Source: a virus | Lineage: Duplodnaviria > Caudoviricetes | Length of the DNA: 64,000 nt | IMG/VR virus record: IMGVR_UViG_3300021400_001287 | Location: 1-64,000 of that record | Reading direction: 5' to 3' (one strand) | In this document: positions 52,261 to 63,607 of the stretch, piece by piece | Position numbering within the stretch: position 1 is the first letter of the stretch | How the letters are laid out: every line of letters starts with the position of its first letter | Notes under the pieces: model-generated | The model's database searches: none | What the model saw: only the letters and a program-made list of their open reading frames with translations | What the model was told of the DNA's origin: nothing | Position numbers and translations under genes: made by a program

Positions 52261-53915
52261 TGCCCCGTATCGATCAAGTTAAAGATATCAAGAATTACGC
52301 GCAGTGGTGGACTCAGATATAGTTCTGGCGGACGCACCTGGACGTGTTTATTCAGCAATACTTCAGTGTGAAGCTGAAAGACACGCAGCAAGTCATCGCG
52401 AGAGCGGTCGGTCTGGCGAGTAACAGTCGGATCGTGAAAAGCCGCGGATATGGCAAAACATGGCTGATCGCCTGGTGCGCTGTGGCGATTGCAATCTTGT
52501 ATCCCGGCACCTCGATCGGTGTCGTGTCGGCCACTGCCGCTCAAGCGACACTGGTCTTGAAAAAGATCAAGAAGTTCACGCGGCAATATTCAATCCTGGC
52601 CGGCGAGATGGTGTCGACCGGCAAAGACTTCGTTCGTATCTCGAAGGATAAAGGTTACTGTGAGTTTTTGAACGGCTCGTCCATCGAGTCGTTTTCGATC
52701 AACCAGGTTGTTGGTGAGCGTACCAAGGTGCTGATCATTGACGAAGCGCCCAGAGCTAACGAACAGGATATCAAGAAGAACGCCGAGCCGACGCTGAACA
52801 CAACGCGTGACTGTTGTATCCAAGGTGGTTACGATGACTTCAGCTCGAAGATCATCTATATTACCTCCGCCTGTTTGAAGAGTAACTTCTTCTACAGGGA
52901 CTTCGTGAAAGCCTATGAAGCGATGCGGAGTGGCGACCCGACATCATTTGCGTGTGTGTTGAATTATCAGAGCGCCGTGCGATGCGGGTTGACGAAAGCC
53001 AGTTATTTTGAAGGTCGGAAGAAAGCGTTGCCGGAGAGCGTATTTGCCACGGAATATGGCAGTTACTTCCTCGGCGCTGAAGCCGGTACGCTGTTCCCGT
53101 TCGACTTGACGGACACCGTGCGGACACTTCGCCGCGTTGAAGCGAAACAGCCGAAGAACAGCAAATGCTGGTACATCATATCTATTGACTTGGCCAGTTC
53201 CGATGCGAAGGGCGCGGACAACGCTGTGCTGGTGGTCATCAAGTGCGTGGACAAAGAAGACGGCACCGTGATGAAGAACGTGGTGTACATCCGATCGTAT
53301 CACGGCTGGCGACTGAACGCGTTGGCAAATGAAGTGCGCAAAGTCTATGTTGCGTTCCCCGGAACAGTGCGTATTATCTACGACGCGAAGGGATTGGGCT
53401 TTTCGTTTGCACAATTCTTCTCCGAGCCGTGGATCGACGACGCAACCGGTAAAGAGTATGAGCCGTGGACAGACGAGCATACCGCGATCCCCGGCGCGAA
53501 TCCAATATTGTTTGCCTTCAAAGCGACGCCGGTGTTGAATGTGCAACTGGTATCTACGTTGCGCGTGGCGTTGGAGCAAAAAACAGTGGCGTTCCCGGTG
53601 CCAAGCACGGATATCGACGACGTGATGGTGTCGGAGGAAGATGACGACGAAGGCGAGAAGATCGTCCGGCTGTCGATGGAGGAGAGTGCCATTTATCTGG
53701 AGGCCGACGCTTTGCAAGTGGAGCTTGGATCCATCGTATCAAAGAGTACGATGGCCGGCAACGTCGTTTACGATACCGAAAAGAAAAATCAACACAAAGA
53801 CAGATACTCGGCGCTGGCGATGGGCGTATGGTACATCAGCCAGGTCGAGGACGATAATAAACGCCGGTTGCGGAACCGGGGCAATGCTTGCATTGGCATT
53901 GTTGACAGCTTTTGA
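52260..53915 (+). CDS. terL: terminase large subunit (TAG at codon 21, 52320-52322)
   Basis: SRGYGKT Walker A, LIIDEA Walker B, IDLA..ADN and KDRYSAL nuclease motifs. Confidence 0.92.
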
Positions 53916-53929
53916 TGGGAGGAAAAAGT

Positions 53930-55510
53930 ATGGCGGCATTTTGGAGACGGGGGAATAAGACGCAGCCCGTTGAGCCCCCGAAAGTCCGTCCCGCCGTATG
54001 CGTGAGCGGCGAGGAAGCCAAGGTTGATGTTGGGCTGACTTATGACAACTCCAATATCACGATGGCAGCTTGGATGCCCGGAGTGGACTACCGCGCCATT
54101 CTGATGGACAAGCAAGCGCACATCTATGACCTGTACGCCTAGGCGGACTACTTCGTCGACGCGGATCCCATTTTTCGTGGCATCATCAAAGGTGTTTACA
54201 CGCCGTTCAGTGTTTCTGAATGGCGGTTGGAGGGCACCAATGACCGGGTCAAGGAAAAATACGAAGACTATTATCTGCGCATTCACTTGCGGGATAAGAT
54301 GTGGTCGATCTTTTATCAGTACTTCAAGTATGGGCAAGTGTTCGTTTACTTGAAGGATGATGGAGATATTATTACATTGCCGCCTCATCGGTGTCGTATT
54401 GCGAACGTGATGGTGGCTGGCGAACCCATTGTGGAGTTCAATGCGTTGCAGGTGGCCATTGACCTTGGCTATCGCAAATACGATTCGCTCCAAAAATGGT
54501 TAGAGGACGACAAATTCGAGGTGAGGATGAGAGGCTATCCCCCCGAAGTAACGACCGCCCTGAAAGATGGCAAAGAGTGGGTTCAGCTGAACCCGATGAG
54601 GACGTTCGTTTTGCAGGACATCAAAGAAGACTGGTTGCGATATGCTATACCATTGATCGCGGCGGCACTGCTTGCGCTTCAGAAAAAAGCCATGATCTCG
54701 AATTACGAGAACTCGACTTTGAATATGATGGTGCATAGCTTCCTCCACGTCCAGTACGGTGACGCGACCAAGAACGCTGATTTCCTGCCGAACCAAAACG
54801 AGCTTCAAGCTCTGAACACTCTGTTCAAAGCGGCCATGTCGAAGAATGGCACTGGCATCGCGACCACGAACGTGTTTGCGAAAGCACAGTTCATTCAGCC
54901 GGACATCAACGACCTGTTCGACAACGACCTGTACTCCAATGTCAACAACGAGATTCTCTCGGCTGGCGGCATCAGCGGTATCATCGTGAACGGGTTGGCA
55001 GAAGACGGATCGAGCTTCGCCAGCGCTCAAGTCTCCATGCAGACGGCGGCGTTGCGCATCAAACAAGCGCGGGACAACTTCTGTGAATTAATGAACAAGA
55101 TCAACGTGCGTCTCAACGGCGGCATCCTGCCTCGGAGCAAAGACGAGAACGTGCCTACGTTCAAGTTCCCGCCGGTTGATCTGACGGGGAGCGGTAAGTT
55201 CTATGAGACTTGCCTCAACCTGTGGAAATAGGGCGTGCTGAGTACCCGGACCATGATGGACGCTCATGGGTTCGACATGGAGCAGGAATTCAGACGGCGC
55301 ACCGATGAAGACGATAGCGGCGTTACGAAAACCATGTCGCCACGTCAAGAGACGCAAAACGAGGAGAGCGACACAAACCAAAGCACCGACACCGACGTCA
55401 GCAAAAAGGTCGGTCGACCGACACTTACCAATGACGAACGGCAAAGCGATCCGGCTGATGCTTTGACTGGACGGCAACCGAAACCGAGCTCTCCGGATGG
55501 ATCACTTTAA
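53930..55510 (+). CDS. portal protein (TAGs at 54140 and 55229)
   Basis: three track ORFs in one frame joined by TAG readthrough to 526 aa; position after TerL. Confidence 0.8.
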
Positions 55511-55561
55511 TCACACTGTCGGCTCCTCCTAGCCGACGGAATGATAAATGAGGTGGCAAAC

Positions 55562-56872
55562 ATGCAGAAATTTGTTATGGCCGCTTCGGACATTTCTCTG
55601 GATTATCCGCAGAGTAATGAAATTTACTTTTCTGTAACAATGCGGATGCTGACAACGGAAACCAACTAGAATGGCGTCCGTCTGACCGCTGGTTTTATCG
55701 ACGATATTGCAACGCATGCGGAAGAATATGTATGTATGCCGCTGTGTGCCGACGTGGATCGGCTGGCTCGCGGCTTGGACATCGGCCTCACTCACATGTA
55801 TGATGAGCAACGGCAGGTGTTCGAAGCGCCGCAGGTCGGCAGTTTTTTTGAGGTGCATAGAGAAGACGACGAGCACGGAGTTAGCTTGGTCGGCACGGCT
55901 AGAATTAACAAGCGCAATGCCAATGTGACTGATAAGATCATCGAGATGTTCAACACCAACCGGCTCAAGTTCAGCTTTGAAATTTGGGCGAGTGAGGTGT
56001 ACGAAGAGGACGGAGTGACGGTGGTTGACGCCGCGCCGGGTAACCGGTTGACGGCGATGGCTATCGTTACCACGCCGGCTCTCCCCGCTGCTGTGGCTCT
56101 GAACCTGGCGGCGGAGGTGGATATTGACGCGTTCCGTGGCAAAGTCTATGACTTGCTGTGGACGAAGTATCCGAGCGAGTGCTGGAACGTTGTCTGGATG
56201 GGTTTGGATTACGCCGTTATTTACTTTTCTGAGCACGGCAATATGGTACGCATTGCGTATCGTATGGATGGTGACAAACTCGTCGAGACGGAGGAATACG
56301 AAGTTGGCTTCGCACGAATTGACGAGGTGAGTGACAACATGAATATTACGCTGGCAACCGCCGAGGTGACCAACGTGGAGACCCCCGATGTGAACGAGGT
56401 GTCCGCTGTTGCCGATGCGGTTATCAATACTGACACAGTGGAGACTCCCGCTGTGGAAACCGAGACTGCTGCTTGCGGCGATCCCGAAAACGCGGCTTGC
56501 GATGACAAGACGGCGGAGGTCGAAAACGACATCGATGACGACATCAAAGACGAGTCGGACGACGATGCCCATGACCTGGAAGAGATGCGTCGAGAGCTGG
56601 AGCGCGTGAACGCTGAACTGGCTCGATACAAGGCGGCTGAAGAAGCTGCGAAGATGGCGGAGAAGCGTGCCGCCGCAAAAAAGTACGCGGAGCGTGAACA
56701 CCTGAATCTGGAAGCGGAAGACGTTAAAGCGGCGATCGATAACGCCGACTATGAAGCGCTTGCTGCTGCCGTGATGGCGAAGCCCGCGGACGACAAGAAT
56801 GAAGAAGCCTACCGTGTTACCGCGGAGATCAAGCTGTCTCCCTATGGCAACATGTTCGAGAAGGCGAACTGA
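55562..56872 (+). CDS. prohead protease/scaffold (TAG at codon 36, 55667-55669)
   Basis: GAGGTG RBS; ETN*NGVR, FSFEI, PA..A; acidic coiled-coil C-terminus. Confidence 0.75.
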
Positions 56873-56886
56873 GGAGGATATGCAAT

Positions 56887-57324
56887 ATGGCTGGTTACAT
56901 GACTAAGCTGGTCGGCTCTGATGGCATTTACGACGGCAGCTACAAGGCTGGCGAAGTGCTGACCAATGGTATTTTTGTCAACATCGCTGCGGATGGCACC
57001 GTGAAGAAGCTCACCGGCGCTGGCAGCATCGAGATGCGCGTTCGCGAGAAGACCACTCTGTGGGGTCTGCCCGCTGTGATTCTGGACGTCGTCCTTGAGG
57101 GCGATGGTACTGCGTACTTTGTGGAGCAGGTCGAGCCCGGCGTTCGTGAAGAGTGGAACGACATCGCGAATGAGATCAAGATCGGCGAGTTCGTGCGTAT
57201 GCACAAGCCTCTGCTGGGCGAGCAGCTGATCATGAGTGTTACTTCCGAAGTGCTGGCGACTCTGGCTGAGGGCGACACTGCGAAGCCCGCTGCCGGTGGT
57301 ACCATTGCGAAGAAGTCTGCCTAA
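56887..57324 (+). CDS. capsid decoration-like protein
   Basis: position between scaffold and capsid; strongly biased codons. Confidence 0.65.
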   Translation: MAGYMTKLVGSDGIYDGSYKAGEVLTNGIFVNIAADGTVKKLTGAGSIEMRVREKTTLWGLPAVILDVVLEGDGTAYFVEQVEPGVREEWNDIANEIKIGEFVRMHKPLLGEQLIMSVTSEVLATLAEGDTAKPAAGGTIAKKSA

Positions 57325-57339
57325 GGAGCGTGAAATATA

Positions 57340-58335
57340 ATGGAAACCATCACCAAGGACATGAATATTGTTAAGGCGTAGGCTGCTGACGCCCGCCACG
57401 AGTCTCTTGACTCTAACGTCCGCGAGAACATGAACAAGGTCGTTCATGAGCTGGCAGCGGATCGTAACCCCATGAACCTGTATCAGATCGGTCAGCTGAT
57501 GGCCTTCACTGTTGAAGAGCTGGAGCGCCCCATGACCAACTGGCTGGATCTCGTTGCCGATCATAAGCGCATTGGCGCTGGCGACGAAGCCGCTTTCCGC
57601 ACCACCGCGAACGGCATCCGCGCCGTCATCCAGGCCAAGGCTGGCACCACTCCCCGCAGCCGCGTTGCCGACAAGCAGATTGTCGTTGACACCGTTGCCG
57701 TGTCTGTGCGTCCCGCTGTGAACCTGCTTGAGCTGGCCTCCGGTAAGATCAACTTCGGTGACCTGGCCATGTATGCCGCTGTCGAGCTGGCCAACAAGAA
57801 GACTCAGTATGTGCAGCAGGTGCTCGACGCCGCCGCGACTTCCTTCGCCTCTCCTTTCTACGGCTCTGGCGCTGGTATCGTTGCCGCGACCTTTGATCCC
57901 ATGGTGCAGCACTGGATGCGCACCGGTGGCGCTGCGATTATCGGTGACATCGCTGCCGCACAGAAGCTGGCTCCTCTGACTGGCTTCACCGCCTCCACCA
58001 ACTCTCAGTGGGGCAATGGCATTATCGAGGAGTTCAATCGCACTGGCCGCATTGGCACCTACAAGGGCGCCCAGGTTGTGCAGACTGTGAACCCCTATCT
58101 GCCTGACGACGTGACCCCTGTGCTGAATATCAGCAAGCTGTATATCGTGCCCACCACGATGAACACTGATGCCCGCAGCCTGAAGGTCGTCGAGCAGGGT
58201 GGCGTGATCTCCGTGGAGAACACTTCCATCAACGAGCTGACCTACGAGGTCCGCATGGACGAGCACTTTGGTGCCGCCGTCGTGTACGGTGTGCAGCCCA
58301 CTGTGTCCGTGTACTACGACTCTACTCTGGGTTAA
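57340..58335 (+). CDS. major capsid protein (TAG at codon 14, 57379-57381)
   Basis: AAGGAG RBS + ATG 57340; 331 aa; high codon bias; synteny. Confidence 0.8.
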
Positions 58336-58380
58336 TGCTAAATGTTGGTCGGCAGAGAGACCTTAAACCTCTGACCATCG

Positions 58381-58412
58381 GCGGGGCTCTTTACTGAGCT
58401 CCGCCTACTATT
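58381..58412 (+). terminator. hairpin after the capsid gene
   Basis: GCGGGGCTC-TTTACT-GAGCTCCGC. Confidence 0.55.
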
Positions 58413-58435
58413 TATGCGAAAGGTGAAGGTTTGAT

Positions 58436-58864
58436 ATGGCTGACAGGGTACGAATTATCAACGAGAGCACGCATGATGTCGGTCTCGTTAATCAGAATGG
58501 CATTGAATACAACATCCGTCCTGGCACGTTCATCACGTTGACGAAGGACGACTGTGAATATATGGTGGCAATTGCTCCGAAGCTGTTTGCCCGTGAAACA
58601 CGTGGTGCTGAACTGCGCATCGACAATGAAGAGCTGGCGAAGGATTTGAATATTGTTGCGCCCGGTGATCCAACACCGGCTTCTGAATCGGTCATCCGGA
58701 AGGCGTTAGGCGGCTCGGTGAACTCGATCAAGAAGTATGTTGCCGAGATCGAAGATGCGTACACCATTGACGCGATTGTTCAGGTTGCGCACAAGATGGA
58801 TCTTCCGGTGAGCAAAATGAACGTGCTCAGGGAAGCCTTCCCGAACAAGTTTATCAACGACTAA
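58436..58864 (+). CDS. hypothetical virion-module protein
   Basis: ORF with RBS. Confidence 0.75.
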   Translation: MADRVRIINESTHDVGLVNQNGIEYNIRPGTFITLTKDDCEYMVAIAPKLFARETRGAELRIDNEELAKDLNIVAPGDPTPASESVIRKALGGSVNSIKKYVAEIEDAYTIDAIVQVAHKMDLPVSKMNVLREAFPNKFIND

Positions 58865-58881
58865 AAGTGGGGTGCAGGGCG

Positions 58882-59319
58882 ATGACAGATTAGACGACAT
58901 GGATGGACGACCTGTATCTGGATGTCCAATGGCAACGCATCCCCGTGGCGATGACGAAGATCGAAGAGATGCAACTCCTGTCTCGTTGTTTTGTACACGG
59001 CCTCGAATCTATGTTTATCGCCACTGGCAAAGCGATGCAATTTGACGCGGACTGGCTGACGTTTTCGGACGAAGGCGTGCTTGTCTCAACGACCCAGGAC
59101 TTGAAAATAGACGAGCTCCGGTACGCGTTTTTGAAGGCGAAAATCGAATTCTTCAAGCGGGTCCAAACTGACGTGAACAACATCGTTGGCTACACCACCG
59201 ACGCTTTGACTGTGACAAACGCGGACAAACCGTATCAAAACTTATCACAGACGATCGAAGGTCTGGAGAAAGAATTGCGTCAGATTTTCTACACGATGAT
59301 CCGACATGCTTATCTGTGA
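58882..59319 (+). CDS. putative head-tail adaptor (TAG at codon 4, 58891)
   Basis: MTD*TTWMDDL; synteny. Confidence 0.6.
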
Positions 59320-59329
59320 GGTGAGCGGG

Positions 59330-59587
59330 ATGATTGTGAAAGAAACACTTGCGACACGAAGCGGAGGCAAACAAGTCGTCATGACGCCGTTCAACGACTA
59401 TTGCGATCATCTGAGGGTGGACGTATTCAAAGCGCTTGGCGACGTCGAAGCAATGTGCGAGATGATGACTGGACAGTGTCGATGCGATTGGACAGAAAAT
59501 GAAGTCGAAGCGTATAGCAAAGTGCGGTCGCGGCTTTTGAACCTGGCTGGCGCTGTGGCGCGTTAGCCCCAGAACTAGGAGGGGTGA
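59330..59587 (+). CDS. hypothetical protein (TAGs at 59564 and 59576)
   Basis: RLLNLAGAVAR*PQN*EG then TGA 2 nt before the next ATG. Confidence 0.65.
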
Positions 59588-59589
59588 CG

Positions 59590-60330
59590 ATGCAGAAACC
59601 AGCGGTCGTGCCGGCGAACTAGACGCCGAGCAATCGGACTTTTTACTAGCCGCCCACCATTCAGAGTGACTATACAAATTTGCTATGGCAAGATCATCCG
59701 CATTTCACAGAGACGTTTGAGCTGGTCCATAGTTGGATTGAACATTTGCGTACAGATGACCCTTAGTATATTCGCGCTACGTACTTCCCTGTTGACTGGA
59801 AGAGTAAGGTCGGCAATTCCGACGCGAGCGCGAACTTCAAGACGGATTGGAACAATCTGATCTGGAAAGGGGACTATATCATCCGCGATGGCGGGGAGAT
59901 ATTGCTTCTTACTTGGGATGTCAAAGAGCACATGAACAACCAAGCGACACAGGCTCAGATATGCAATTTGAAGCTGACGCTGGTTCGGCATGTTCAAGCT
60001 CAAGCAGATGAGCGCGGCTTCATGGAAGTACCGGCTCATGACGAGTATGTGCTTTATGAGCACCCGGCGACGTTCTCGCCGTACGCTGGTCGCCCGGACT
60101 ACATTGCGACGGCGAACGTGCCAGGTATCAATGCAGACGCTTTGATGAGCGGACAAATCCAGTTCAATGAAGAGACGAAGAAGATGACCATTAACGACGA
60201 GTTTGAGTACGGCGGATTTACGTATCGACTGATCAACGTGGACTGGTCTGAAGTCAACTACGATAACACGGCTGGCATCATCAATTTCAACTGTAAACGA
60301 GTGGCAGGTGGTATGAATGCTCCAGATTGA
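59590..60330 (+). CDS. putative head-closure/neck protein (TAGs at 59620, 59647, 59764)
   Basis: AGGAGG RBS + ATG 59590 in frame with track ORF 59902. Confidence 0.7.
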
Positions 60331-60883
60331 TGAAGCGGCTGATTTCAAGTTCAATTCTTCGACTCTGATGAATCGGTTGCGGCCAGTTCTTGTACCCGCT
60401 ATTGAAACGGCGGCAGATCAATATATCAAAAAAATGGGGCAACACGCCAAAGAAACGACAGCGGTTGGCAAAACGGGGCAAGGAGCTCCCGGCGCTCGGG
60501 AATGGCGTTCAGATGTCGGTAATGACCTAAAACGCATGAACCTTCAAGTGTCCGTTGATGCCATTGAAATTGATGTTGGTATCTATGGTGATGAATCTTT
60601 GCAAAAACGCGTTGAAGTCATCAACACTGGTTCTGGTAATAAAGCTGGTGGGGCAGCAATGGAATATGGCCCCTATGGTCGTAGTGTTTGGAACGACGAT
60701 TTAAGCGGGCGGACCACTAGCAAGACGACACGAACTGGAGATATGCCGGATGGATTCAACAATACCGGTAACCAATTTGCTCAGAAAGCCAAGGATGAAA
60801 TGGAGAATGAAAAAGAGCGGATTGTGCAACACGCGTTGCGCCATATATCACCAACATTGTTGGAAGGTGTTATTCATCAGTGA
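60317..60883 (+). CDS. putative neck/tail-completion protein
   Basis: synteny. Confidence 0.55.
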   Translation: MLQIDEAADFKFNSSTLMNRLRPVLVPAIETAADQYIKKMGQHAKETTAVGKTGQGAPGAREWRSDVGNDLKRMNLQVSVDAIEIDVGIYGDESLQKRVEVINTGSGNKAGGAAMEYGPYGRSVWNDDLSGRTTSKTTRTGDMPDGFNNTGNQFAQKAKDEMENEKERIVQHALRHISPTLLEGVIHQ

Positions 60884-60898
60884 AAGGAGGAGAGCCCA

Positions 60899-61369
60899 TT
60901 GATCGTGACAAAAAGCTGGGCGGATAGATGGAACGATATCCAGCGCGATGTGCTCTTCCCCGATGAAGAGCTCAAGCAGTTGATGATGATTCCGGACGGC
61001 ACGAACATCGTGACATGGATCCGGAAGTATTTCGTTTCAGAGGCGCTTTGCACCGAGTTGGTGACAGATGAAGATGTCCGTGTGCTTTGGTATGAAGATC
61101 AGAGTTCACATACAAACAACCCGTTGATCAACAACCGCAAGATGTGCTTTGATATATATGTGAAACAAGCCCACAACAACGACGCAACAAACGACTTATT
61201 CGTTAGCCGTGGAAAACTCATTGCGCAAAAATTACAAGAGATCTTGACATTCCCGGCGACTGTTGGGCGTGTAAAATTTTTCTATGTCGACGACTACGAC
61301 GTCGGCACAAAGATGGTCGGATACGTACGACACCATTTGGTCGTGTCGTATCTGGCTGGACATGCGTAA
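60899..61369 (+). CDS. putative tail terminator
   Basis: AGGAGG RBS, FDIYV motif, precedes the major tail gene. Confidence 0.55.
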   Translation: MIVTKSWADRWNDIQRDVLFPDEELKQLMMIPDGTNIVTWIRKYFVSEALCTELVTDEDVRVLWYEDQSSHTNNPLINNRKMCFDIYVKQAHNNDATNDLFVSRGKLIAQKLQEILTFPATVGRVKFFYVDDYDVGTKMVGYVRHHLVVSYLAGHA

Positions 61370-61442
61370 TAACAACACAGCCAGCGATAGGAGGAGCCGA
61401 CTGTGACGTTATATATCGACTCTTATTAAGGAGGAAAACTGT

Positions 61443-62282
61443 ATGGCTTATATTAAGACCCCTATGGGCTTTGTGTCCAACGCACCTCATATTTAGTTCC
61501 AGCGTTGTGACGGAGCTCGCTTTTACAGCGATACCGGTACTGCTGGTAGCATGACCAATACGGACAACTCGACCGCTGTTTACGGTGGCTGGGCGAAGTC
61601 TCCTATCGGTTATATTGAGGGCGACTCCACCATGGAAATTTCTTACACCGACGCGATGTTCTATCAAGACATGTTCTCCGTGTCCAGCGCCGGTACTGAG
61701 GTGACCACGAAGGATACCGCGGTGCGTGGCGGCGGCGTTTACACCGTTAAGACCGGTCCGATCGTCGAACTGCCGTTCCAGGTGAAGCTGGACACCATTC
61801 AGATTCACGGCTTTGATGTGTAGGGTACTGGCACCGCCGCTGCTGGTAAGCCTGTTGCCGCGTATGACAGCACCAACAAGAAGACTACGATTACCTTTGC
61901 TTCTGGCGATGTGGCGGTTGGCGACGACCTGATCGTGACTTATGAGCGCCGTGTGGCCAGCGCCGATGTGGCTACGATTACCACTAATGGCAGTTCTTCT
62001 CGTGGCAGTCTGACGATGACTTGGGCTGTTATGAGCGATGGCAGCGACTGCTCTCAGGCTTCGATCGTTGGTTTCCTGCATCTGCAAGTGCCTCGCGTCA
62101 TGGTTACCACCCGTGCGTCTCTGGACACTTCCCGCGGCACGGCTGCGACACCTAATATCGTGTTTGCTGCCATCGACGCCCACCGTGGTGATCAGAAGTG
62201 GTACGATCTGATTTGGGAACCCCTGGAGGATGGTGCTATCAGCACTGATTACGCCGAGGGCGACTTTGTTTGGGATATTTAA
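61443..62282 (+). CDS. major tail (tube) protein (TAGs at 61494 and 61821)
   Basis: AAGGAGG RBS; two track ORFs fused to 279 aa; T/G/A-rich; followed by terminator and chaperones. Confidence 0.75.
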
Positions 62283-62291
62283 CCCGACAGA

Positions 62292-62322
62292 TGGGGCTGG
62301 GTAACACCAGCCCCTTTATTTT
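62292..62322 (+). terminator. intrinsic terminator
   Basis: GGGGCTGG-GTAACA-CCAGCCCC-TTTATTTT. Confidence 0.75.
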
Positions 62323-62339
62323 GTAAAGGAGAGGTCACG

Positions 62340-62750
62340 GTGAAGGTTAAGAAGGTACCGGATATTGGCATGGCGGAGAAAGAACTGCCGATGGTTGGCG
62401 CACCGGAGAACACAGTTACTGTGGCGGGGTCGCTGATTGAAATCAAGCCGACCAAGCTCAAGTATTTGCGCAACGGAACGGCGAATTTTTTTCGGCTCAT
62501 CGAACGGATGAGCATACTCGACATTGTGCAATTGCCGTCTGGCGCGTTCGGCGAAGATGACGATCGTGATGGTGACAAAGCCATGATGGATTGGCTCATT
62601 GCCGCGACGGATAACCCGGAGTTTGTGCAAGAACATTACGATGAATTTGACACAGAGCAGATCCTGCGCGTGTGTGATATTTTTAAGCGAGTCAACAAAT
62701 TCGTGAAAGAAGACGACTCAAAAAACGCAGTAACCCCGGCGGAGGCATAA
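62340..62750 (+). CDS. tail assembly chaperone (G-like)
   Basis: follows the tail tube gene; ends just after a slippery A-AAA-AAC. Confidence 0.7.
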   Translation: MKVKKVPDIGMAEKELPMVGAPENTVTVAGSLIEIKPTKLKYLRNGTANFFRLIERMSILDIVQLPSGAFGEDDDRDGDKAMMDWLIAATDNPEFVQEHYDEFDTEQILRVCDIFKRVNKFVKEDDSKNAVTPAEA

Positions 62751-63088
62751 CGATCGACCGGGGAATGGCGCTCATTGCCGCGCATCTGGGCATTATAGAC
62801 GAAGATGCAATTTTGGACATGACCTTTGACTGGTTTAACGAAGTGCTCGAAGTATTGGGTGAAGTGGTAAACTACAACGCCGTGGTGAATTACGCGGGCA
62901 ACTCATTCTGCGAAAAGTCGTGGGACATGATCCTGGATAACAATCCGATGTTGAAGGGGCAGATACTGACATCTGACCAGCGTTCGTGGGAACAGTTTTT
63001 CAACACGGCAAAAATTCGGACGATAACCAAAGGAGAACGGAAAAATGGAGAAGAAAATGGTGGTTTTGGGGCAGGAGGTTTCGGTTAA
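62720..63088 (+). CDS. -1 frameshift extension (GT-like chaperone)
   Basis: -1 frame open from 62720 into ORF 62765-63088. Confidence 0.7.
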   Translation, partial: KKRSNPGGGITIDRGMALIAAHLGIIDEDAILDMTFDWFNEVLEVLGEVVNYNAVVNYAGNSFCEKSWDMILDNNPMLKGQILTSDQRSWEQFFNTAKIRTITKGERKNGEENGGFGAGGFG

Positions 63089-63584
63089 AAACCACGTCGG
63101 CTATCAACAGAAGATGGACGCGGCGGAGGAGTATGTTGCGATGTCGGCAGTGTTCGATGAAGAGCATGGGCTCTGCTATATGTCTCCGTATGAAGAAGCC
63201 GTGAAGAAATACATGAAGCTCAAGACGTATACTGGACTTGACATGAGCAACTACAACGGCATCGACGGTCTGTGCCGATTGATGGACGACATCGACGAGG
63301 TGCCCATCGACGAGTTCGAAGGATTCGTTGACGACGACTGGGTGATCATTTACAACCTGGCTTACGTGATCTATTGTAACGTGTCGGATGTGTTCGAAAA
63401 AGAGCATTCTCTTGAACATCGCGTTAAGACCAGTTTCGGTTTCCTGCTGGACGGTAAAGACTTGACTCAGACATTGGCGGAAGCGCGTGAAGTCAACGAG
63501 CAGATGATCGACCATCTCGGCGCGATCGCTAAGACGAAAACACAGCCTATCGATATGGCGCAGTATGCAAAGAAGCGCAAGTAA
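63045..63584 (+). CDS. hypothetical protein
   Basis: AAGGAG RBS; 179 aa. Confidence 0.75.
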   Translation: MEKKMVVLGQEVSVKNHVGYQQKMDAAEEYVAMSAVFDEEHGLCYMSPYEEAVKKYMKLKTYTGLDMSNYNGIDGLCRLMDDIDEVPIDEFEGFVDDDWVIIYNLAYVIYCNVSDVFEKEHSLEHRVKTSFGFLLDGKDLTQTLAEAREVNEQMIDHLGAIAKTKTQPIDMAQYAKKRK

Positions 63585-63607
63585 TATGAAGTGAGGAGTG
63601 ACGCTGA

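Noticed and set aside
52260-62282. Structural genes are pseudogenes or sequencing errors
   Set aside because: Every interruption is TAG, with no TAA/TGA or frameshifts, and a matching CUA tRNA is encoded.
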